Part shown: one piece after another, positions 17,148 through 26,754 of the stretch
How the letters are laid out: each line of letters begins with the position of its first letter
How positions within the stretch are numbered: the stretch's first letter is position 1
Source: Squalus acanthias
Lineage: Eukaryota
NCBI GenBank assembly: GCA_030390025.1
Contig: CM059433.1
Coordinates: 29,948,001-30,012,000, forward strand
Direction of reading: 5' to 3'
Length of the DNA: 64,000 nt
Made by a program: the position numbers and the translations under genes
The notes under the pieces: model-generated
The model's input: only the letters and a program-made list of their open reading frames with translations
What the model was told of the DNA's origin: nothing
Databases searched by the model: none

Positions 17148-17996
17148 AACACAGAAATGTACATCAACACAGAAATTTACTGCACAGAAATGCATAACCA
17201 CACAGATATGTACAACACAGGAATATGCCACAATAGTGAAATATACCACAACACAGAAATATACAACACAGAAATATACCACAACACTGAAATATACAAC
17301 ACAGAAATATACCACAACACAGAAATATACATCAGCACAGAAATATACCAAAACCCAGAAATATACAACACAATTATATACAACAAAGAAATATACAACA
17401 ACACAGAAATATACCACAACACAGAAATATACCACAACACAGAAATAAACTACAACACAGAAATATGCAACAACACAGAAATGTACATCAACACAGAAAT
17501 ATAAAAACAGGAATATACCACAACACAGAAATATAAAAACAGGAATATACCACAACACTGAAATATACCACAACAGCGAAATGTACAACACAGAACTATA
17601 CCATCACACAGAAATATACAGCACCGAAATATAGAACTACACAGAAATATACAATGCTGAAATATACCACAAAACAGAAATATACAGCAACACAGAAATA
17701 TACTACAACAAAAAAATATACAACAACACAGATATATACAACACAGGAATATACCTCAACACAGAAATATTCCACAACACAGAAATATACAACAAAGAAG
17801 TATACCACTACACAGAAATATACAGCAACACAGAAATATACCACAACACAGAAAAATACCACAACACAGAAATATACAACAAAGAAATATACAAAAACAC
17901 AGAAATATACTGCAACACAGAAATATACCGCAACACAGAAAAATACCACAACACAGAAATATATAACACAGAAATATACCACAACACAGAAATATA

Positions 17997-18743
17997 TGAC
18001 ATTCGGCCAACCCACGCTTTTTTCCCTTGATTGTCCTTGTTAATCCTAAGCTTAACTGGCACATTAAGGGAAAGCCAGTGACAGAGGACATCAGCTTACG
18101 AAGTTTTTGACAGATGAATTGTCAGCGTTTGACAGATTTGAGAAGCTGTCAAACACTGACAATCTCTGTTCTAATGTAAGCCCTTGCACTGAAGACTCAC
18201 CAAACCTCTCTCCTTTGCAGAAATCAGATGGCTGCTGCATCGGAGAATGCAGCAGCCATTCTGGCATCTCTGCCGTTGAGATGAGGCACCTTCGGATCCC
18301 CAAGGGTTGGAGCCTGCAGTAAGAAGCAAAGGTAAGTAAACTTTTTCAAACACTTTACACTCACCTCTCACACTTACCTCTCCACACTTGCACCCATCAC
18401 TCACCTCCACAGCGGACTTTTCGAGCCCTCTCACCCCCGCAGACCCACTGCTCGCCTCGTTGACAATGGCGGGGTTTCCCGACATCGGGAAGCCTGCACT
18501 TGCAGAGGTAAAATGGGGTTAAGTCTCTTACCTGCCTGTTAACTACCTGTTAACAGGCAGTTAATTGGTTGTAATCCCCTTCCCTTGAGGGGACGGGTCT
18601 CTAAGCGAGTCGAGGGCCCGCCTCCCGAGAAGATGTCACGGAGGCGGGTTGGGAGTGGGGTTGGTACCCGCTCCCTGTTTCTGCCAATTTCCTGGCAGTC
18701 CCGCCTCTATACCCGCCTCCCCAGGGCTGGGAAAATTCCCCCC
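17997..18743 (+). mobile_element. Harbinger-like MITE, array copy D (5'-truncated)
   Basis: Homologous to copy B from TGAC..GGCCAACCCACG to the 3' TIR. Confidence 0.8.
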
Positions 18744-19282
18744 ACGGAAATATACCACAACACAGAAATGTACAGTAACACAGAAATATACAACAACACT
18801 GAAATATCCAACAACACTGAAATATGCCACAACACTGAAATATACCACAACACAGAAATATACAACACAGAAATATATCACAACACAGAAATATACAACA
18901 CAGAAATATACAACACAAAAATGTACAACACAGAAATATACAACAACACAGAAATATACCACAACACAGAAATATACAACACAGAAATATACCACAACAC
19001 AGAAATATACCACAACACAGAAATATACTACAACACAGAAATATTCAACAACACAGAAATATACCACAACACAGAAATATACTACAACACAGAAATATAC
19101 AACAACACAGAAATATACAAAACAGAAATATACCACAACACAGAAATATATGACGTTCGGCCAACCCACGCTTTTTTCCCTTGATTTTCCTTGTTAAGCC
19201 TAGGCTTAACAGGCCCATTATGGTAAAGCCAGTGACAGAGGACATCAGCTTACGAAATTTTTAACAGATGAATTGTCAGCGT

Positions 19283-20895
19283 TGTAAAGTTTCGCAATTA
19301 TCGCGATTCAAAATAACGAAAGAGAAGCAGATTCGTTTAATCAGTTTATTTAAACAAAATGCTGTCATGATTAAAAAGGACACAGAAGCCTGTAAAATGG
19401 CCGCCGTGCATCGTGGCAGAAGCTTCCAGAAATACAGTGGGCAGACAAGATGGCGTTCGAATAAACATTTCAGTATAAGATTGGATCATACTCGGCAAAC
19501 ATTGATAAAGACAGGATGCAACCTGTTTGCATTCGAAACAATAGCAAAAGATATAAGTGCTGGAATCGTTTTCCATGCACAAGTAAGGGCCATTGTACTG
19601 GGCAATCGAAGGCCCATCCAGACACAGCAATACACATATACCCCCATGGCTCTACAATGAGAGAGCCATTCACGGGTGATTAAGTCAGTATTCGGGGAGG
19701 CCCCAAACCCAGTCAGGGAGACTCCTAGCCGGTTCGACAAAGGGGAAAAGATTAACGGATAGTTGGCCAGTTTCAGGTGCTACCGAAACCCGTTAAAGGA
19801 AAGAATCGCCCCATGCTGGGAGTTTTGTGCGCCAATATTTCACAAAGGACAAACATTAAGATTTGAGCGGGAGATAAGGGAACACAGCACTATAACTATA
19901 GTGAACAAACGTCCATCGCTCTCTTATTCGCTTGCCGCTTCATGGACTCGCTTGACTGGTGAGCTTCTGTGTTTTTCTGGACTTTGTTGACTCTTAGCCG
20001 TACTGGTCGGTTATTCGAATGTTGGGTGGAGCTCAAACGGAACGAGCCGCCTCGACAAGGGCAAGTGACCGGGTGCACCATCCCGAGAGTCGGTAAACGG
20101 TGTCTGGACCCGAAGACCCGAAGAGACAAGACGAAACGAGACGAGAAGAAGAAGAACCCACGTGCCGCCACGGTCAGTAAACCCCGACCGCGCCCGAAAA
20201 TACGATAAAAGACTCTTCATTGAAATCTACCGACAACCGGTGTCGGTACAGGAAGACTCGTCTTTGAATTTTACAAACGTTTCCGAGTTCTACCGAGTTC
20301 TTCATGACAAAAGACGGTCTGGCCTGCTTGTCGCAGCAGCGAAGATAAACAAGTGGGGTACAGAGACCCCTCCAAACACGTGACAGTCAGGCGCTGCAGC
20401 GAACGAGCCGAGTGCCTCACTTTAAAATTCTCCGAAGTATCACGAGTGGTGAACATGTTTCCCGATCCTACAAATCTAGATGTAGTGTAGGTATTGATAG
20501 GGGAGGGTGGTTTTATTAAGGATAAAGTATAATGTGTTCCCCTTTTTACGATGTGCCGTGCGTTCTTCATTACCATAGACCAAGCTTTATGAATGTATGT
20601 ATACTTGTACTCTCGTTAATTTGCGCCTATGACATGTATTTCATGATTTTGGACGCTATGCAATAAAATTTTCCATTTTGTACTATTCAACCGAGTCTAT
20701 TTGAGTTTTCTCTGCATTACTGCTCTTGCACCTAAGTCCAGTGTTAGAACCGTAAGGGCGACTGGGTCGAACCACTCACAGGTGCTTATTGCAACAAGGC
20801 TGGCCGGAGACCAGAGCAAGCAATAGTATTAGGCAACGAAGGCCTAACCCCGCACCAGCACCGTCTGTGATACAAGCACGACAAAACCCCTTACA
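19283..20895 (+). repeat. 5' LTR (1613 bp)
   Basis: TG..CA termini with short inverted ends; AATAAA at 20662-20667; direct repeat of 26755-28720. Confidence 0.95.
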
Positions 20896-20900
20896 GAAAA

Positions 20901-20917
20901 TGGTGACCGCGGCAGGA
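20901..20917 (+). promoter_or_regulatory. Putative primer-binding site TGGTGACCGCGGCAGGA
   Basis: TGG-initiated motif 5 nt after the 5' LTR end; primer tRNA identity uncertain. Confidence 0.6.
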
Positions 20918-20971
20918 CATTGGCAGCGAGAGAGTAATGTTTTAGACCCTGGTGTGAATAGGCGAAATGTG

Positions 20972-22699
20972 ATGGATGAGAGGGTAGCCGACTATGTGTT
21001 TGGGAAGGTTAACTTAACCAAAAAGTGGATAAGTGACCTGTTGATGGATAAGCGTCCGCTAGACGCCGCCATCAAATGGACAGGCAGTAAAGAGCATAAG
21101 AAGTCGGTAGAGAAAGCGGTCTGGCTGATGTGCTACAAGAAGCAAGTCCAAATTTCGGACCAGGTCATTGTGGCACAGGCAGCTCAGATCAGGGATTTGG
21201 AAGTTGAGATGGAGGAAAAGATCACGGGAGGACAGAAACTCATTGCATCATTGAATGCGTTACATCAGGAATGCCAGATAGTAGCCAACCACCATGAGGC
21301 TAAAATTGATTACCTAGAGTGTCAGGTCACGGAAGCGAAATTAAACGAGGGTAGGATTAGAGAACGGTGTGCCCGCCTAGCTAACCAGATAAAAGCCCAG
21401 GAAGAAAGCTTGAAGGGAGTTAGGGCGGCATATAAGATGGCCCTCGAGGTTAGGCATGAGGGAGCCGACCACAGTGTTTGCCAGAAGGAGATAGGGAACC
21501 TAAGAGAGGCCCTGAACAAGGCAAATGGCTTGGTGTGCCTCATCAGCCCATCAGCAGACCAGCCACACGTGGGTAGGGAATTCCCAAAATCCCTACCAGA
21601 CAAAGCAGAGGAGATATTTGCCACTGTGCCCTCCGCGCCACCCAGCTATTCGGCAACCTGGGTAAGGGAGGAAGTGGTGGAAATAGAAAAGGAGGTTCCC
21701 GAAGTAGGCCAATCCCCGGAGGTAGAGTCGAAACCGGGACCGATGTGTCCGCTCCGAGGTCACAAGAGAGGCCCGGGTGGGGCAAATGGGGCAGAGGGGG
21801 ATGTCCTGAACCAGCTCGTATTGCCTCACAGCTCACACCAGCTGAGAGCAATGATTAGCCATGTACGGAAGCTGTCCGAGTCAGACGACCCTTCCGTACA
21901 CTTTAGGGAGGTAGAACAGACCGCAGCAATTAATGGCTGCGATGATGAGGAAAAGACCAAAATGTTGCTGTTCTCGTTAGATAGCTCGATCCTCAAGTGT
22001 CTCTCAGACGAGAGCAAGAAGGGAAATAAAACCTATGAGGAGTTAAGGGACGAGGTCCTAGAAGTGTTAGGGGCGGATGACGAAGGTCCGTTCGTCAGAT
22101 TGAGTCAAACCCTACAGATGGAGGGAGAACCCCCGAAGGTTTTCGCCGACAGGCTGTGGCCAGTATACCAGCGTAGCTGCCCAGGTGCGCCAGGGCGCGT
22201 TTTTCTGGACGGTGCCGGTTTAGCTCATTGGCTCAGGTGTTTAGTAGCCAACAGCTTACCAGCTGTCAGGGAGCAGGCAAAAGCGTGGTTTGATCCCACT
22301 AACCCCGCCACAACAGAGGAGTCTGTCCTAAATCGACTCACCATAGGGTATCGTAACACTAGGAGCACGGGAGCGCGTCCCCTTAAGGGAAAGGTGCATG
22401 AGGCACGGCCCACAGCCCCGGCTCAGAAAGAGTGGCATCAGGAGGGAAACCGCGCCCCACAAGCCAGTGGTGTTTGTTACGGGTGCGGGAAGACAGGTCA
22501 CTGGCGTAAGAACTGTAGGAACCCATGGAAGGACCCCAGGGATAAAAATCCCGCAGCCCGAACCCAAGCGCCTGTCTCTGAGAGAGGAGCTGGTGTGCCT
22601 ATCCATCCCGATGCGATAGAATCAATATTGGGAGCCATGCGGTCTCTCATGACCTCACACGGGGAGGTAGCAACAGCCCCATGCAACCCGGACTTCTGA
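20972..22699 (+). CDS. gag: Gag polyprotein (~575 aa; alternative ATG at 20900)
   Basis: Uninterrupted ORF: coiled coil, PSAPPSY late-domain motif, capsid MHR-like QMEGEPPKVFADRL, CCHC knuckle CYGCGKTGHWRKNC (22475-22516). Confidence 0.9.
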   Translation: MDERVADYVFGKVNLTKKWISDLLMDKRPLDAAIKWTGSKEHKKSVEKAVWLMCYKKQVQISDQVIVAQAAQIRDLEVEMEEKITGGQKLIASLNALHQECQIVANHHEAKIDYLECQVTEAKLNEGRIRERCARLANQIKAQEESLKGVRAAYKMALEVRHEGADHSVCQKEIGNLREALNKANGLVCLISPSADQPHVGREFPKSLPDKAEEIFATVPSAPPSYSATWVREEVVEIEKEVPEVGQSPEVESKPGPMCPLRGHKRGPGGANGAEGDVLNQLVLPHSSHQLRAMISHVRKLSESDDPSVHFREVEQTAAINGCDDEEKTKMLLFSLDSSILKCLSDESKKGNKTYEELRDEVLEVLGADDEGPFVRLSQTLQMEGEPPKVFADRLWPVYQRSCPGAPGRVFLDGAGLAHWLRCLVANSLPAVREQAKAWFDPTNPATTEESVLNRLTIGYRNTRSTGARPLKGKVHEARPTAPAQKEWHQEGNRAPQASGVCYGCGKTGHWRKNCRNPWKDPRDKNPAARTQAPVSERGAGVPIHPDAIESILGAMRSLMTSHGEVATAPCNPDF

Positions 22700-23584
22700 C
22701 TGGAACCGGTGCAGCCTGCCTACCTGTGTCCCCTTGAAAGACACGCACAGGAGGGAGTCTCCTGTAAGGAGGCCAGGTTAAAAGAGCAGGCCTTGCGGGA
22801 GGAGAACGCCCGCTTAATGGGAAAATTAGATGGGCTAGAAGGGCAGCTTAGAGACATAAAGGCAGCCTGCAGGGTAGCCAGAAGCAGGGAGTATGAGGAT
22901 TTTAACCAGTGCAAGTTGTATAAGCCGGGTGCACAGGGGCCAATCACAGGGGCCAAACCTGCGAGTGGGGACTTGCAGCCCCGGGTAGAACCGCAGGGCA
23001 CACAGACTGGTAAAGCAGCCTGCTTGAGGGGAGAGGACATCCTGGAAAAGTGTAGGATCTTTTCTTGGGGTTGGGATTCAGATGAGGAAGAGCTCGAGGA
23101 GCTCGATCAAGGTAGTGACCCGGTCGGAGAGGTGTTGGGGTCGGAGGACGAAGGTTTCGCCCTCGACTCAAGCTTAGGGGAGATAGGCGCTGCGAGTGGA
23201 GGTCCACATAGGGTGGAATTGGAAACTGCAGATCCCGAGCCCAGGGGGGCGGAGCTAGGGGAGACGGAGCCAGCGGCTGTGGTAGGACCACAGGCCATGA
23301 CGGTGGAAGTCTCGGTACCCGGTCCGTCGGCCCTGGAAGTCTTGCCCTTGGGGGAGGTAGGGATTGCGAGTGGAGAACCACATACTGGGCCAAGTAGGGT
23401 GGAGCCAGAAACTGCAAATCCCGAGTTCAGGGGGGCGGAGCCAGGGGAGACGGAGCCAGCGGCTGTGGCGGGACCACAGGCCGTGACGGTGGAAGTCTTG
23501 GTTCCTGGTCCGTCGGCCCTGGAAATCTTGCCCAAAGTAACCCTCCATAGGTCAAGTTGGACACCCCAGCCCAGGAAGTCGTGA
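22700..23584 (+). CDS. ORF2: in-frame continuation after the gag UGA; coiled-coil, acidic and Pro/Glu-rich repeat protein of unknown function
   Basis: Same frame as gag, separated by one TGA followed by CTG; no protease DTG/DSG, RT YxDD or integrase motif. Confidence 0.5.
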   Translation: MEPVQPAYLCPLERHAQEGVSCKEARLKEQALREENARLMGKLDGLEGQLRDIKAACRVARSREYEDFNQCKLYKPGAQGPITGAKPASGDLQPRVEPQGTQTGKAACLRGEDILEKCRIFSWGWDSDEEELEELDQGSDPVGEVLGSEDEGFALDSSLGEIGAASGGPHRVELETADPEPRGAELGETEPAAVVGPQAMTVEVSVPGPSALEVLPLGEVGIASGEPHTGPSRVEPETANPEFRGAEPGETEPAAVAGPQAVTVEVLVPGPSALEILPKVTLHRSSWTPQPRKS

Positions 23585-23984
23585 TCAAGTCCCCCGTACG
23601 CCCCCAGGCGTAAGCTCAAGGTCAAGGCAGCCCAGGGAGATCCCAGTCCCAGCGCAGCGGCGACAGGCTGCGGCAGATCAAAGGAAGGGGTCAGTGCCCT
23701 CCCACCACTGGGAAAAGCTAGTGGCAGCCTTCGCAGAATTTAGGTAGGCCGCCCTGGGAACGGGCGGCACTGTACAGTTTAAGTTTAGAATAAGTTTAAG
23801 TTTATAGTTTTTTTTAAGTTTGGTAAGATCGTAGTTTTAATTTTAAGTAAATGGTAAAATGATGGGAGTTAGAGATAGGAATAGTTAAAGTCTATCCAGC
23901 ATACATGTCCTTTTACGTGAGACGAGGTCAAGGGACCCGCTCACCCTTCACAAAAGCCAGAGACTCTTGGGAGGCTGGCTACAT

Positions 23985-24002
23985 CATTTTATCTGATCAC
24001 AG
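23985..24002 (+). promoter_or_regulatory. Candidate env splice acceptor
   Basis: CATTTTATCTGATCACAG ends 12 nt before the env ATG, the usual position for a spliced env mRNA. Confidence 0.45.
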
Positions 24003-24014
24003 GAACCAGGAAAG

Positions 24015-26359
24015 ATGGAAAGGATTCTGATAGTGCTCGCAACGATCGGATATGGATTGGCCTATCGGGGCCTCACCAAGGATGTCGTAGTGTTCGGTTG
24101 CTCCGGGGACACGGGCCCCATCGCGACGGATGGGACCGGGGAGCGAAAGGGTGAGGAAACCGCCACTTATTTCCACAAGGGAAGGTGGCCGGGATGGCTG
24201 GTAACGAATTCGACGGAATACTCCAGCGCATCCGGATTTGCCTACAAAGAGACTTCTTTGATGTGCCCCAGAGTGAGGATCATTGCAACCAGAATCAGTA
24301 TCACCGTCGGCAAAAGGATTTGTTTGACATGCAATGGGAAGGTCCCATTGAGCCGATGGTGGTGGTTACGGAAGTTAAGCAAGAATATGAGAAATTCCTC
24401 GGTCGAGTGGGAGCGATTGGGTAACAATACCCATCGGACAATTACGGGGACTAACGGACAATTGAAAGTCTGTTGGGACAAATGGTGGGAACCGGATGAG
24501 GGAATATATGTTTGTATGTGGGGATCGAAGTACGTTTGCCCCAAGGGTATATCCATATTTTTCGTACACCAGTGGCAGGATAACGGGAAAGGGATGAGGT
24601 GGGATGTCAGCACAAAGGGGTGCGGAGCTCCATACTCCCCGATCCCGGTAAACGCCACTGAACTCATCACACGTCCACGCAAGTCTCCGCCCACGATTCC
24701 GGTGGTTTTGGCTCAGGAGGTAGGGTGCCCTAAAACCACTAAGGGGCCCGGGAATGGTTTGGTACTGGTCCCAACAGACCAGATACTATTTCAAGGGGTA
24801 CATTATGTGGTGGCCTCGGTGATTTTAAATCTCACCGAGGTGCGTTTACCAGAGTGGTGCCCCAAAGAAATGGAACAATTGTACCAGGTCCTGTTGACAA
24901 ACATGTTCAGACAATTCTACGAGTTTGATTTTGCAGAGATTGACAAAACAAGCTTGTACACCACACCACATGAAGTTTTGGGTCAGGTGGGGAGACAAAG
25001 AAGGGGTATTGTGAATGATATGTTCACTGCCTTTAATACAGGAACATCTGTGGTCAACGCTCTAGACAACGTGGAGCTGCAGACCCAGATCAACGGTTTG
25101 AAAACACAATTAAAAAGCATCCTTACAAGCGAAAACAAGGTAGTAGGGTCTGAGTTACATGAGGACCAGGCCATGACACTACACTTAAAAGAGATTATAG
25201 CAGAGCTGGAGAAGCATGCGAGAACGGTAAATGCCCTGATCAGGGAAGATCGGAATGCATCCGATCAAGCTGCGCAGAAAGAGGTGTGCGTACTATACGG
25301 GGCGTGGTTACTGGGCGAGGGCTGCAGTAATTTGGAGGATTTAAAACAAGGTTTGGTCCCGTCCTGGATAAGTAACAAACACCTGCAGGCGCTCCACCCT
25401 TTTCAGAATGCATTAAGCCCGTGCCAGCTCAGGCTAGCCTCAGAGGCATACCCAGTCCCCGTGGACTGCGGACGGTCAAACCATACCATCATGGGTATAG
25501 TATTACGGATGCCGGTGTTGGGCGACACAGCAAAGCCCGCCCCGGTGTATCGGGTGGAGAACATTGGTGTCATTCAGGGGGGAGCCCACATTCGCTATGC
25601 AGCGGTCCCACCTTACGCTGGGAGCAAACGATGACAGGTACCGATCTCTCGGGTTGTCGTGGCCGGGGAGCACACATCATACTGTGTCCCCAGCACTTGA
25701 ATGCCTTTTTAACACCACAATGCGGGTTCAGAACGGCTGGCGTGAAGCCCATGAATTGCACCATGGAAGCAATGACACAAGATCATGTGCCGCCGCAGGT
25801 GGCATACATAGGGGGTGGAACATATTGCGTTACCACTGCAGCGCAACACTACCAGCATGGAAACCACAGCCGGTGTCCGGTGAGTGACAGCAGTTTCTGT
25901 TTTAAACCCAGGGCTGAAGTTCAAGTGGCACAGCAGCGAATTGTCCCGATCCCTGAACCATCCACTGTTCACCTTACAGTCAAAGAGAATTTCACCAACT
26001 TGCAGCGATTCGTCGCGCATTTCGGATACATCATTCCCCCTCTCCCTGAACACCTCACCAAGCTTTTGAAAGCTGTCGCGGTATCACAAAAACATTTTTA
26101 CACCCTGGAACAAAAGACTGTAGAGACAGGGACAGATATTTTGGACATAGTAATCCCACCATGGTGGGACCTGTTCACCAATATTCAAGTGCCTTCATGG
26201 ATCAGGATAGCCTCCCACATTTTGGTAGTGTGCCAAGTAGTGATTGTAGTGTACTTATTGGTCGTACACTGCAAGAGAGGCAAACGCCTCACAAAGCAGG
26301 AGAACACAGGGGAGTGGAGAGAACGTTACGTGCGCGTGAACGAAGAAAGTACCGCGTAA
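24015..26359 (+). pseudogene. env: Envelope glycoprotein with Ig-like domain and class I fusion (F-like) module; one frameshift near 25615-25634
   Basis: Signal peptide MERILIVLATIGYGLA; Ig-like C..W..DEGIYVC; furin site RQRR (24993-25004) followed by an apolar peptide and heptad repeat; Cys-rich region and TM (IASHILVVCQVVIVVYLLVV) in the -1 frame ORF ending at 26359. Confidence 0.85.
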
Positions 26360-26745
26360 ACGGCCAGGATGACGCCGCTCCATTTTACCATGTGTGTTTT
26401 TGTAATTGATTGTTTAGTTCTGAGTATGTGTAACTAAGTTTTTGGAACTTTGTATTTTTAAAAGAGTTGTTTTGATTATTTTTCCATGTATAATAAAATG
26501 CATATACAGGTGGTGCGAGAGGCATCGGCCTGTTGCACCTGGAAGGCGTATATGCAATGTAAGTTTAAAGGCAATGCTGCCTACGATTTGTCCAAGTTTA
26601 AACAATGTAATTTCCCTGGGAAATGAGGACTGCATGGAAGCCATAGATAGTTTAAGTTAAGGGAGTGTTTGGATGTGGAGAATCGGGATAATTTTGCTCA
26701 CCACCACTTTTAATTGATACGATAAGTGGAGTTATTCGCATCAAC

Positions 26746-26754
26746 AGGAGGGAC
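26746..26754 (+). promoter_or_regulatory. Polypurine tract
   Basis: AGGAGGGAC immediately 5' of the 3' LTR. Confidence 0.65.

Noticed and set aside
19268..20576. Short ORFs within the LTR (possible sag/bel-like accessory gene)
   Set aside because: All 130 aa or less, mostly without ATG and with no recognisable motif; identity between LTRs is uninformative. A spliced accessory exon cannot be fully excluded
20789..20971. ORF-track N-terminal extension of Gag
   Set aside because: Starts at TTG inside the LTR; the ATG at 20972 (or 20900) is more plausible
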